64,000 nucleotides of DNA from Oscillospiraceae bacterium (GCA_015063325.1 SVUK01000014.1:9918-73917), one strand, 5' to 3'; counted from the first letter of the stretch, positions 43,997 to 53,676 are shown. The notes: generated from the letters alone by a model not told the origin. A program made the numbers and translations.

Positions 43997-45879
43997 AACC
44001 GAAAAACCGTTTGACGCGTCGGCAAAAGAAAAATCTTTTTCGCATTCTGCTTGCCGGGGGACTGCTTGCCGTTTTGGAAATTCTGTGCCTGACGCATACC
44101 TTGCCAGACGTTTGGTATTGGCGGCTCCCCTTCTTCCTCATTCCCTATTTAGCGGTTGGTTTTGACGTGTTGCGCAAGTCGGTTTTGGGAATTGCGCATG
44201 GGCAGCTGCTGGATGAGAACTTTTTAATGTCGATTGCCACCATCGGGGCGCTCGCCATCGGCGAATATCCCGAGGCAGTTTTCGTCATGCTTTTCTATCA
44301 GGTTGGCGAACTTTTCCAAAACATTGCCGTGGGACGTTCGCGCAATTCGATTACCGAATTGATGGAGATTTGCCCCGAAACGGCGCGCGTGGAGCGCAAC
44401 GGCGAGGAGCAGGAGATCGATCCCGGCGAGGTTGCCGTCGGCGAGATCATCGTCATCCGTCCGGGTGAAAAAATTCCGCTGGACGGCGTGATTGTGGAGG
44501 GAAATTCCGCCCTAGACACCCGTTCGCTGACCGGCGAATCGCTCCCACGGGATGTTGCCCCCGGCGACGAAGTGATCAGCGGTTGCCTCAACGGCGAAGG
44601 ACTTTTGCGCGTGCGCGTGACAAAGCCGTTTGCCGATTCAACGGTATCGAAAATATTGGAATTGGTGGAGAATTCGACTGCGGCAAAATCGCGTGCCGAG
44701 GGAATGGTGACAAAATTCGCGCGCGTCTATACGCCTGTTGTCGTTGGGCTTGCCGCGCTCATCGCGCTCGTTCCTGCAATTGTCCATTGGATCAGTCCGG
44801 CAACATTGCCCGATGCAATGGGAATGGTCAAAACCGCGCTCATCTTTTTGGTGGTTTCCTGCCCCTGCGCGCTTGTCATTTCGGTGCCGCTTTCCTACTT
44901 TGCCGGAATTGGGAGCGCATCCAAACGCGGCATTTTGATCAAAGGGGCAAACGATTTGGAATCTCTTGCCAAGGTGGATACGATTGCTTTTGACAAAACC
45001 GGAACGCTGACCGAGGGGAGCTTTCAAGTCAGCGGAGTTTACCCGGTCGGAATGTCGGAGGATCAACTGCTTTTGCTTGCCGCGGCGGCGGAACAGCATT
45101 CCAATCATCCGGTTGCGCGTTCGATCGTTGCCGCCGCGCCGAAAAACGGGCTGATCGTCGTCGAAAATTTGGAGGAAATTCCGGGTCACGGAATGCGCGC
45201 AATGACCGAAGGGAAGGTCCTGCTCGTCGGCAATGCCCGACTGCTGATCCGCGAGGGCGTTTCGCTTCCAAACGACCAGTCAAAGACAATGGGAACGGTC
45301 GTTTTCCTCGCTTTGGACGGCATTTTCTGCGGTACGATTGTTGTTTCGGACGTCTGCAAACCAGAAGCCGCCGGATCGATCCGCGATCTGCGCGCGCTCG
45401 GTGTTCGACGGACCGTCATGCTTTCGGGCGACCGCGAACCAACGGCAAAAGCGGTTTGCGAGGCGCTTGGGCTGGACGAATACCGCGCCGACCTGCTCCC
45501 CGGCGATAAAGTTGCCGCCGCAGAAGCTCTGCTTGCCGAAAAGCAGGGAACCTTTGTTTACGTTGGCGACGGAACGAATGACGCGCCCGTTTTGGCGCGC
45601 GCCGACGTTGGCGTTGCTATGGGAGCTTTCGGCTCGGACGCCGCCATTGAAGCCGCCGACGTGGTCTTGATGGACGATTCGCTTGCCCGATTGCCGATCC
45701 TTTTGAAACTCGCCCGTAAAACCAGACGAATCGTTGTGCAAAACATTGTTTTTGCCATTTCCGTTAAAATTGCATTTCTTGTTTTCAATCTCTTTTTTCC
45801 AAACCTTTGGCTGGCAACGTTTGCCGATGTCGGCGTCGCTGTCCTCGCCATTCTCAACGCCTCAAGGGCAGGGAGATAG
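43993..45879 (+). CDS. Heavy-metal translocating P1B-type ATPase (Cd/Zn/Co-type)
   Basis: CPC in SCPCALVIS, the phosphorylation site DKTGTLT, HP in SNHPV, and GDGTNDAP. Confidence 0.9.
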   Translation: MKPKNRLTRRQKKNLFRILLAGGLLAVLEILCLTHTLPDVWYWRLPFFLIPYLAVGFDVLRKSVLGIAHGQLLDENFLMSIATIGALAIGEYPEAVFVMLFYQVGELFQNIAVGRSRNSITELMEICPETARVERNGEEQEIDPGEVAVGEIIVIRPGEKIPLDGVIVEGNSALDTRSLTGESLPRDVAPGDEVISGCLNGEGLLRVRVTKPFADSTVSKILELVENSTAAKSRAEGMVTKFARVYTPVVVGLAALIALVPAIVHWISPATLPDAMGMVKTALIFLVVSCPCALVISVPLSYFAGIGSASKRGILIKGANDLESLAKVDTIAFDKTGTLTEGSFQVSGVYPVGMSEDQLLLLAAAAEQHSNHPVARSIVAAAPKNGLIVVENLEEIPGHGMRAMTEGKVLLVGNARLLIREGVSLPNDQSKTMGTVVFLALDGIFCGTIVVSDVCKPEAAGSIRDLRALGVRRTVMLSGDREPTAKAVCEALGLDEYRADLLPGDKVAAAEALLAEKQGTFVYVGDGTNDAPVLARADVGVAMGAFGSDAAIEAADVVLMDDSLARLPILLKLARKTRRIVVQNIVFAISVKIAFLVFNLFFPNLWLATFADVGVAVLAILNASRAGR

Positions 45880-45884
45880 AGGAG

Positions 45885-46162
45885 AGGGGAAGGTTAGGCC
45901 GCGAGAGGGGAGGAACCTTTTTAGAAAAAAGGTTCCTCCCCTCTCGCGCTCTCCCCTCTTCCAAAAACTTTAAAAAGGGGACTTTTTCAAGTTTTTGAAA
46001 GCGGATTTCCGCACTGCTCCGGATAAGGTTTATTTTCAGCCCTTATTTATAAAGTTTTTTTGTCCAGCTTTTTTGCAACGCAAAAAGTTTCTTTTTTTCA
46101 AAAAAGAGGATAGGGTTCGGGGTGAAACCCCGAGGTCTTATTTCGCGCTTTGCGCGAATCTT
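45885..46162. repeat. Intergenic palindromic repeat cluster C11 (GE, M2, LSR variant)
   Basis: GCGAGAGGGGAGGAACC..GGTTCCTCCCCTCTCGC at 45901-45947. M2 at 45958-46045. An LSR variant ending in TTCGCGCTTTGCGCGAA at 46142-46158. Confidence 0.85.
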
Positions 46163-46164
46163 CC

Positions 46165-46362
46165 TTACTTCTCCTTATAGTACAAGCCGCAGTGGCAGAG
46201 CCCCTCAAAATCGGGATCGGCAATTTGTTTGCGGAATTCCTCGCACATACATTTGAATTCCGGGCGTTTGCCCACACGGCAAGGGCAGTAGCCGTCCTTG
46301 GCTTTCAGTCCCTCCTGAATCATCTTGACAATTTCTTGGTCGTCGTTGAGTCTGATTTTCAT
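46165..46362 (-). CDS. Ferredoxin-thioredoxin reductase catalytic-subunit-like small protein
   Basis: 65 aa with the CPCR....C.C and C.C cysteine pattern (GYCPCRVGKRPEFKCMCEEF...GLCHCGLY). Confidence 0.65.
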   Translation of the reverse strand: MKIRLNDDQEIVKMIQEGLKAKDGYCPCRVGKRPEFKCMCEEFRKQIADPDFEGLCHCGLYYKEK

Positions 46363-46456
46363 ACGTACGCTCCCGTTTCATTTTTTCGATCAATTTTATT
46401 TTATCAAACGCACGCAGAAATGTCAAGAGGCACTCCGGCGCGTTTTTTTATTCGTC

Positions 46457-46939
46457 TCAGGCTCCGCTTTCTCCGGCAAGATTTCGAATTTTGCGCCCCT
46501 GCATTTTTGCATATCGGATTGCTTGAAAAGTGCCGCCGTGTTCGTTTCTCAACCAACAGACCACCAAATTTGAGCGATCGATCATTTTTCGATTGCGCGC
46601 GCCGATGGCGTCTTTGTAAAATCTTTTTGCGGATTCCTCAAAGATTTCAACCTCGTCATAATAATTCAAAAGCTCGCTTTCGTTCTTTCGCCATTCGGCG
46701 GTTGGATATGGCAACACCAAAACGAGCGTTGCGCGCTCGCCGCCAAACGCTCGGATCAATCGTTTGACGACCGACGCCGCAAGCAAATCAAAATCTCCGT
46801 TTCTGCCAACCAAAAATTCCAAGCACCCATACTCAGGCGCCGAAAAAAGCTCCCGTAAAAATGCGAACAGGCGTTCTTCCGCTTCTTTCGGCGAATCTAA
46901 AATTCGATGGCCGAACAAACTGACCGTATAGAAATTCAT
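46457..46939 (-). CDS. DUF1273/YpsA-like SLOG family protein
   Basis: 160 aa. The start ..VSLFGHR, FLVGRNGDFD and the C-terminal ..GGT...IRYA are compatible with the SLOG Rossmann fold. The family call is by eye. Confidence 0.6.
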   Translation of the reverse strand: MNFYTVSLFGHRILDSPKEAEERLFAFLRELFSAPEYGCLEFLVGRNGDFDLLAASVVKRLIRAFGGERATLVLVLPYPTAEWRKNESELLNYYDEVEIFEESAKRFYKDAIGARNRKMIDRSNLVVCWLRNEHGGTFQAIRYAKMQGRKIRNLAGESGA

Positions 46940-47043
46940 TTTTTCTTCCTTCTTTGAAATACTATATACATAGTAACATTAAAAATGTATATTGTCAAGA
47001 AGTAACTTTGAAGATAGAATAAAGGCAGAAGGAGGGTGACAAA

Positions 47044-47289
47044 ATGAGCGAATTTAAATCGGTTTATACGATGAAGGAACACGGGAAAATCAACGTTCGG
47101 TTAAAAGAGATCATGGACGACAGAAAAATTACCCGAAACTACCTTGCCAGAGCCACCTATACCCGGTTTGAGGTGATTGACAAATGGTACCGGAACGAAG
47201 TGGAAAAGATGGATTTGGATATTCTTGCCCGAATTTGCTATGTTTTGGAATGCACTCCTGCGGATTTGATTTGGTATGAACACCCCTAA
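47044..47289 (+). CDS. XRE-type helix-turn-helix protein
   Basis: 81 aa: INVRLKEIMDDRKITRNYLARATYTRFEVIDKWYRN...DILARICYVLECTPADL. It is divergent from the SLOG gene. The ATATACAT..ATGTATAT inverted repeat lies in the shared promoter region. Confidence 0.7.
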   Translation: MSEFKSVYTMKEHGKINVRLKEIMDDRKITRNYLARATYTRFEVIDKWYRNEVEKMDLDILARICYVLECTPADLIWYEHP

Positions 47290-47458
47290 AGCGTTTTCAT
47301 TTTTTGAATGAGAGCGCTTTTTTGCGTTGCGGCTTTTTTAATATCTATTTCATAAAAAAGTTTTTCCGAAAAAACGGCAAAAGCTATTTACAATTCTTTC
47401 CAAGTTGTGTATAATAGATAAATAGAATACCCTAAAATGTAATTTTAAGGAGTTTGAA

Positions 47459-48367
47459 ATGACGCTTTTGATACTTGCCGCCGGACTCGGCTCGCGTTAC
47501 GGTGGTTTGAAACAACTGGACCCTATGACCGATTCGGGAAATTTCATTATTGATTTCTCGATTTATGACGCCATTCGTGCCGGTTTTGACCGCGTGGTAT
47601 TCCTGATCAAACGGGAAAACGAAACCGCCTTCCGCGAAACCATCGGCAGTCGCGTGGAAAAGAAAATTCGCGTGGAGTACGCGTTTCAGGACCTTGACCA
47701 CCTTCCCGAAGGGTTGACTCCTCCCGAAGGGCGCGTCAAGCCATGGGGCACCGGACACGCCGTTTATTGTGCCGCTGATGTCATTGGAAACGATCCCTTT
47801 GCCGTGATTAACGCCGACGATTTTTACGGCGCCGACACCTTCCGCCATCTTGCCGCGCATCTTTCCGATCCGGCAATCCTTGCAACCCCGGCGCGCCACT
47901 GCATGGTCGGTTTTCAACTGGGCAATACGCTGACCGAAAACGGTACCGTTTCTCGCGGAGAATGCGAGGTTGCCGACGGAATGCTCGTCAAAGTGACCGA
48001 GCGCACCAAAATTGAAAAACGCGAAACGACCGCCGCCTATCTGACCGAGCAGGGCGACTGGAAAGAGATTCCGTTCTCCACCATTGTTTCCATGAACTGC
48101 TGGGGGTTCACCCCGGCGCTGTTCGAAAAGCTGGAATCCGGCTTTCGTGCGTTTTGGCAGGCAAACGCCGCCAATCTTTCCAAATGCGAATACTACTTGC
48201 CCGCCGCCGTTCAGGAGCAAAAGGACGAGGGACTTTGCGACGTTCGCGTTTATCCCACCGCATCCAAATGGCTGGGTGTGACCTATCCGGACGACAAACC
48301 GAGCGTGAAAGCGGCGATTGCCGAGCTGATTGCGCAGGGCGAATATCCGAAAGATCTTTGGGCTTGA
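47459..48367 (+). CDS. Sugar-1-phosphate nucleotidylyltransferase family protein
   Basis: MTLLILAAGLGSRYGGLKQ is a G-x-G-x-R NTP-transferase loop. PWGTGHAV and NADDFYG are also present. Confidence 0.8.
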   Translation: MTLLILAAGLGSRYGGLKQLDPMTDSGNFIIDFSIYDAIRAGFDRVVFLIKRENETAFRETIGSRVEKKIRVEYAFQDLDHLPEGLTPPEGRVKPWGTGHAVYCAADVIGNDPFAVINADDFYGADTFRHLAAHLSDPAILATPARHCMVGFQLGNTLTENGTVSRGECEVADGMLVKVTERTKIEKRETTAAYLTEQGDWKEIPFSTIVSMNCWGFTPALFEKLESGFRAFWQANAANLSKCEYYLPAAVQEQKDEGLCDVRVYPTASKWLGVTYPDDKPSVKAAIAELIAQGEYPKDLWA

Positions 48368-48412
48368 TTCGTTTTTTGTATTAAAAATCTGAGTTGAAAG
48401 AGGTGCTTTCCC

Positions 48413-49429
48413 ATGTCCATTCTCATCACCGGCGGCGCCGGCTATATCGGTTCGCATACCGCGGTTGAATTTTTGAATGCCGGCTACGATATTGTTGTTG
48501 CCGATAATTTCTGCAATTCTTCGCCCAAGGCGCTCGACCGCATTCGCGAGATTACCGGAAAAGATTTTCCGGCTTATCGTGTGGACCTTTGCGACAAGGA
48601 CGCTTTCCGCAAGGTGTTTGCCGAGAATCCCGACCTCGATTCGGTCATTCATTTTGCCGGGCTCAAAGCCGTTGGCGAATCGGTGGCGCAGCCCGAACGC
48701 TACTATCGCAACAATCTGCTCAGCACCCTCAATCTCATTGCGCTGATGAGCGAATACTATGTCAAGCGCATCGTGTTCTCCTCCTCCGCCACCGTTTACG
48801 GCAATCCTGCCTCGGTGCCGATCCGCGAGGACTTTCCGCTTTCGACTACCAACCCCTACGGCGAGACGAAGCTGATGATCGAACGTATTCTCAAGGACGT
48901 TTGGAATTCGGACAAAACCTGGAGTGTTTCCATTCTGCGCTATTTCAACCCCATTGGCGCGCATAAAAGCGGTTTGATCGGTGAAAATCCGCGAGGCATT
49001 CCCAACAATCTGCTCCCCTATATTGCAAAGGTTGGCGCAGGGCAGCTCCCCTATCTTTCGGTGTTCGGCAACGATTACAACACCCCCGACGGCACCGGCG
49101 TACGCGACTACATTCATGTGGTCGATCTTGCCAAGGCGCACCTCAAAGCGCTGGAGCGCGCCAAAAAGGTGACCGGAACCGAATACTACAACATCGGCAC
49201 CGGCGTTGGCTACTCGGTACTGGACATCATTCGCGCTTATGAAAAAGCGTCGGGACTGAAAATCAACTATCAGATCGTGGATCGTCGTCCCGGCGATATT
49301 GACGCCTGCTACGCCGATCCTTCCAAAGCCGCCGAGTTCCTCGGCTGGCACGCGGAGAACAATTTGGACGATATGTGCCGCGACCTTGCCAACTGGCAAA
49401 AGAAAAACCCAAACGGTTACGGCGATTGA
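48413..49429 (+). CDS. galE: UDP-glucose 4-epimerase
   Basis: ILITGGAGYIGSH, YGETK (the YxxxK motif), and full-length GalE similarity. Confidence 0.9.
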   Translation: MSILITGGAGYIGSHTAVEFLNAGYDIVVADNFCNSSPKALDRIREITGKDFPAYRVDLCDKDAFRKVFAENPDLDSVIHFAGLKAVGESVAQPERYYRNNLLSTLNLIALMSEYYVKRIVFSSSATVYGNPASVPIREDFPLSTTNPYGETKLMIERILKDVWNSDKTWSVSILRYFNPIGAHKSGLIGENPRGIPNNLLPYIAKVGAGQLPYLSVFGNDYNTPDGTGVRDYIHVVDLAKAHLKALERAKKVTGTEYYNIGTGVGYSVLDIIRAYEKASGLKINYQIVDRRPGDIDACYADPSKAAEFLGWHAENNLDDMCRDLANWQKKNPNGYGD

Positions 49430-49471
49430 TTTTATCATTTGACAATTTGCAAACAGAAAGGATAACCCAAC

Positions 49472-50536
49472 ATGATTACCAAACAGGAGTTCGGCGTTCT
49501 GGAAACCACCGGTCAAAGAATTGACAACTACACCTTGAAAAATCGCAATGGCATGACCGTTACCATTTCCGAGTTCGGCGGCGCGGTTGTTTCCATCCGC
49601 GTTCCCGATAAATTCGGCCGCTTTTCGGACGTTGCCGCCGGCTATGATTCGCTGCGCGACTACGTTCTTGCCGACGGATACCTCGGCGCTTTGGTGGGCA
49701 GAACCGCCAACCGCATTGCCAACGGAAAATTCACGCTGGACGGCAAAGAATATTCGCTTTACTGCAACAACGGCAAAAACTCGCTCCACGGCGGCAAGGT
49801 CGGGTATTCTTACCGCATTTGGAACGTGCGCCCGGTGGACGGCGATGAGCCCAAGCTGATTTTAACGCTCCATTCGCCGGACGGCGAAGAGGGCTACCCC
49901 GGCAACCTGGACGTGACCGTGACTTACACCCTGCTTTCCAACAACGCGCTCTCCATTCATTACGAGGCGGTTACCGACAAGCGCACCCCCGTATGTTTGA
50001 CCAACCATACCTACTTTAACCTGGGCGGCTATGCCTCCGGTTTGATTCACGATCACGTGCTGCAAATCAATGCCGACACCTATCTGCCCACCGATGAAAC
50101 GCAAATCCCCACCGGCGAAATTCGCCCGGTGGACGGCACAGTCTTTGATTTCCGCGAGCCGAAGCGCATTGGTCAGGATATTGACGCGGACGACCCCGAC
50201 CTGAAACTTGCCGGCGGATATGACCATTGCTTCTGCTTTGCCGGCGGTGCTACCAAAGCGCCCGAACGCCGCATCATGGTCTATGAGCCCAACACCGGCC
50301 GCGCAATGACCGTTTATACCGATCAACCCGCCGTGCAGTTCTATTCCGGCAACTATATGGGTTGCCCCGAATTCCCGCAAAAAGGCGGTTTCCCGCGCGC
50401 CAAGCAAACGGCGTTCTGCCTGGAAACGCAGTCGCTGCCGGATAGCGTCAACCGCCCCGAGTTCGGCGACATTACCCTCAACCCCGGCGAAACCTACACG
50501 CACAACACGATCTATCAGTTCTCGATCATGCAATAA
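49472..50536 (+). CDS. galM: Aldose 1-epimerase (galactose mutarotase)
   Basis: NSLHGG, LTNHTYFNL and CLETQ are mutarotase signatures. Confidence 0.85.
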   Translation: MITKQEFGVLETTGQRIDNYTLKNRNGMTVTISEFGGAVVSIRVPDKFGRFSDVAAGYDSLRDYVLADGYLGALVGRTANRIANGKFTLDGKEYSLYCNNGKNSLHGGKVGYSYRIWNVRPVDGDEPKLILTLHSPDGEEGYPGNLDVTVTYTLLSNNALSIHYEAVTDKRTPVCLTNHTYFNLGGYASGLIHDHVLQINADTYLPTDETQIPTGEIRPVDGTVFDFREPKRIGQDIDADDPDLKLAGGYDHCFCFAGGATKAPERRIMVYEPNTGRAMTVYTDQPAVQFYSGNYMGCPEFPQKGGFPRAKQTAFCLETQSLPDSVNRPEFGDITLNPGETYTHNTIYQFSIMQ

Positions 50537-50549
50537 TACCGGAAAAATA

Positions 50550-50579
50550 AAAAAAGTCCTTGCCAAAAGGACTTTTTTT
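50550..50579 (+). terminator. Intrinsic terminator after galM
   Basis: AAAAAAGTCCTT-GCCA-AAGGACTTTTTTT. Confidence 0.8.
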
Positions 50580-50665
50580 CGTTATAATAATGTTAATAAT
50601 GAATAAAAAGAAGTTTTTATCTTTTTTGATCCTTGCCCCTTGGGCAGAAAGGCAGGTTTCCAACC

Positions 50666-52486
50666 TTGGAGCTTTCCCCTCGTCAATCCCATATTCGTAA
50701 TTTTTCCATTATTGCCCACATTGACCACGGCAAGTCCACCCTTGCCGACCGCATTCTGGAGCTGACCCAAACGGTCCAGAAACGCGATATGGAAGATCAG
50801 CTTTTGGACAACATGGACCTGGAGCGCGAACGCGGTATTACCATCAAGGCGCGCGCCGTCCGCCTGAACTACACCGCCAAAAACGGCGAAGTTTACGTTT
50901 TCAACCTGATTGACACCCCCGGTCACGTGGACTTTAACTATGAAGTTTCGCGCTCCCTCAACGCCTGCGAGGGTGCGCTTCTCGTTGTGGACGCCACCCA
51001 GGGAATCGAAGCGCAAACGCTTGCCAACGCTTATCTTGCCGTGGACGCGAATTTGGAGATTGTTCCGGTCATTAACAAAATCGACCTTCCCAGCGCCGAC
51101 ATTGCTCGTTGCCGCGAGGAGATTGAGGATATTATCGGTATTCCTGCCGAGGATTGCCCGGCTGTTTCCGCTAAAACGGGATTGAACGTAGAGGACGTGC
51201 TCGAAGCTGTAGTGCGCGACATTCCGGCGCCCAAAGGCGACGAAACCGCGCCGCTCAAAGCGTTGATTTTTGATTCCTATTACGATAGTTATCTCGGCGT
51301 GGTGGTCAACATTCGCGTGGTGGACGGAACGCTCCGCGCCGGCGACCGCATTCGTCTTTGGAGTACGGGAACCGAGTTTGATGTTGTGGAAGTTGGCACC
51401 ATGGAGCCCTTCGGGCTTTCCAAATGCGCTTCTCTTTCCGCCGGGGAAGTCGGCTATCTGACTGCATCAATCAAAAGTGTGGGTGACACGCGCGTGGGTG
51501 ATACGGTTACGCTTGCCGCCGCTCCCTGTGACGCTCCGCTTCCCGGGTTTAAAGCCGTTCAACCTATGGTGTATGCCGGCATCTATCCTGCCGACGGTGC
51601 CCGGTACGGCGATTTGCGCGACGCTTTGGAAAAGTTGCGCCTGAACGACGCTTCTCTGATTTTTGAGCCGGAAACCTCGATTGCGCTTGGTTTTGGCTTC
51701 CGTTGCGGTTTTCTTGGACTTTTGCACATGGAGATCATTGAGGAGCGTTTGGAGCGCGAGTTTAACCTTGACCTGATCACCACCGCGCCCAGCGTTATCT
51801 ATGAAGTCAAGATCAAGGGCGGCGAAACGATCCGGATCGACAACCCCTCCAATTTCCCGGCGCCTGACTTAATTGACACCGCCTACGAGCCGGTGGTTAA
51901 GGCAAATATCATCACCCCCACCGAATACGTTGGCGGATTAATGGATCTTTGTCAAGATCGCCGCGGCGTGTTTATCGACATGAAATATCTTGACCCCACC
52001 CGTGTGGAATTGCACTATGATCTGCCGCTCAACGAGATCATCTACGATTTTTTTGACGCTCTCAAAAGTCGTTCTCGCGGATATGCCTCGCTGGATTACG
52101 AGTTGAAGGGCTATCTGCCCGGAAAGCTGGTCAAGCTGGACTTTTTACTCAACGGCGAGCAGGTGGACGCGCTCTCCTTCATCGTTCATGAGGACAAAGC
52201 GTACGGTCGTGCCCGTAAAATTGCCGAAAAACTGAAAGAGAACATTCCGCGCCAGCTCTTTGAAATTCCCATTCAAGCCGCCATCGGCTCGCGCATCATC
52301 GCGCGCGAAACGGTCAAAGCCATGCGCAAGGACGTTCTTGCCAAGTGCTACGGCGGTGACATTACGCGCAAGAAGAAACTCTTGGAAAAGCAGAAAGAGG
52401 GAAAAAAGAAGATGCGCCAGCTCGGCTCTGTGCAGGTCTCTCCCGAAGCCTTCATGGCGGTTCTGCGACTGGACTCTGAGGAGTAG
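50666..52486 (+). CDS. lepA: Translation elongation factor 4 (LepA)
   Basis: [33 protein letters not shown], and the C-terminal LepA domain. The start is uncertain: TTG at 50666, or TTG at 50633 as in the ORF track. Confidence 0.95.
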   Translation: MELSPRQSHIRNFSIIAHIDHGKSTLADRILELTQTVQKRDMEDQLLDNMDLERERGITIKARAVRLNYTAKNGEVYVFNLIDTPGHVDFNYEVSRSLNACEGALLVVDATQGIEAQTLANAYLAVDANLEIVPVINKIDLPSADIARCREEIEDIIGIPAEDCPAVSAKTGLNVEDVLEAVVRDIPAPKGDETAPLKALIFDSYYDSYLGVVVNIRVVDGTLRAGDRIRLWSTGTEFDVVEVGTMEPFGLSKCASLSAGEVGYLTASIKSVGDTRVGDTVTLAAAPCDAPLPGFKAVQPMVYAGIYPADGARYGDLRDALEKLRLNDASLIFEPETSIALGFGFRCGFLGLLHMEIIEERLEREFNLDLITTAPSVIYEVKIKGGETIRIDNPSNFPAPDLIDTAYEPVVKANIITPTEYVGGLMDLCQDRRGVFIDMKYLDPTRVELHYDLPLNEIIYDFFDALKSRSRGYASLDYELKGYLPGKLVKLDFLLNGEQVDALSFIVHEDKAYGRARKIAEKLKENIPRQLFEIPIQAAIGSRIIARETVKAMRKDVLAKCYGGDITRKKKLLEKQKEGKKKMRQLGSVQVSPEAFMAVLRLDSEE

Positions 52487-52490
52487 TTTT

Positions 52491-53105
52491 ATGATTCGCA
52501 ACCTTATTTTTGATTTTGGGCAGGTATTGGTTCGGTTTGTACCGGACGAGATTGCCGCGCCGGATATCCCCGATCCTGCCGACCGTGCGCTTGCCGTTCC
52601 GGTTCTGTTTGATCGTGCAATTTGGAATCCGATGGACAAGGGGGATCTTGACGAGGAAGCTGCCGTTGCTTTGGCGCTCCCCCATTTGCCCGAGCGGTTG
52701 CACGCCGCAGGGGCAAACGTTTTGCGCCACTGGTTTGAGCGGTTGCCGCCTGTTCCCGGAATGTGGGATTTGGCACGCCGTGTTAAAACGACGTACGGTG
52801 TGCGTACCTTTCTTCTTTCCAATATCAGCCGTGCATTCACCGATCATTTGAATTTATATCCAATCCTTTCCGAGCTGGATGGGTGCGTTTTTTCGGGAAA
52901 AATCGGGATCACCAAACCCTCGCCCGAGATTTTTGCCTACCTGTGTAATACCTACGGGTTGGATCCTGTCGAATCCATTTTTATCGACGATCAGCCGCGC
53001 AACATTGCCGGCGCCGAAGCTTTCGGAATGCAGACCTATCTTTTTGATGGCGATGCCGAAAAACTTTCCGGCGTTTTAGACAATCTTCTTCAATATCCGA
53101 AATAG
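52491..53105 (+). CDS. HAD superfamily hydrolase
   Basis: ATG at 52491. LIFDFGQVL carries the DxD-type motif I. LSN, K.......IDD and ..GDAE are also present. Confidence 0.8.
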   Translation: MIRNLIFDFGQVLVRFVPDEIAAPDIPDPADRALAVPVLFDRAIWNPMDKGDLDEEAAVALALPHLPERLHAAGANVLRHWFERLPPVPGMWDLARRVKTTYGVRTFLLSNISRAFTDHLNLYPILSELDGCVFSGKIGITKPSPEIFAYLCNTYGLDPVESIFIDDQPRNIAGAEAFGMQTYLFDGDAEKLSGVLDNLLQYPK

Positions 53106-53112
53106 GTCAAAT

Positions 53113-53676
53113 TCAATACCCGAAATAGGTCAGAATTCCGTTATAAATCCCCCTTGCAAACAGCTCGGGGTTGTTGTTCATCAGCGCCGCGTCATTCGGG
53201 TTGGTAATGAATCCAAGCTCCAACAGTACCGCCGGCATGGAAGTTCGGCGCAGAACGTAAAGTCCCGGGCGTACCTTCATTCCGCGGTTGCGCAGTCCGG
53301 TAGCGTTGGTCAGTCCGACGAGAATATCCGAGCCGAGCCGGTAAGCGCGCGTGCCCGAAGCGTAGGAAAACGCCTCGCTGCCGGTTGCGGCAGGGCTTGC
53401 CGCCGAATTGGTATGAATGCTCAAAAAATAATCGGCTCCCCAGGCGTTTGCGTCGCGTACGCGCGCCTGCAAGCTTGTGGTATTGGTCGTACCCAAACTG
53501 GTGGTTGGTGTGGGGCGCGATTCGCGTACTTCAAATCGTCCGTCGGCGCGCAAAAGATTGCCCAGTGCTTTGCCAACGCGGTAGGTAATATCCTGCTCGC
53601 GCAGTCCGTTGCCCTCGGCGCCGGCGTTCGGATTTTCGGGGTTATGCCCCTGATCAATGTAAAATTTAATTGCCAT
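53113..53676 (-). CDS. N-acetylmuramoyl-L-alanine amidase (Amidase_3 family)
   Basis: IDQGHN, FLSIHTNS and VLLELGFI.N are the zinc ligands/motifs of the CwlD/AmiC-type fold. Confidence 0.85.
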   Translation of the reverse strand: MAIKFYIDQGHNPENPNAGAEGNGLREQDITYRVGKALGNLLRADGRFEVRESRPTPTTSLGTTNTTSLQARVRDANAWGADYFLSIHTNSAASPAATGSEAFSYASGTRAYRLGSDILVGLTNATGLRNRGMKVRPGLYVLRRTSMPAVLLELGFITNPNDAALMNNNPELFARGIYNGILTYFGY

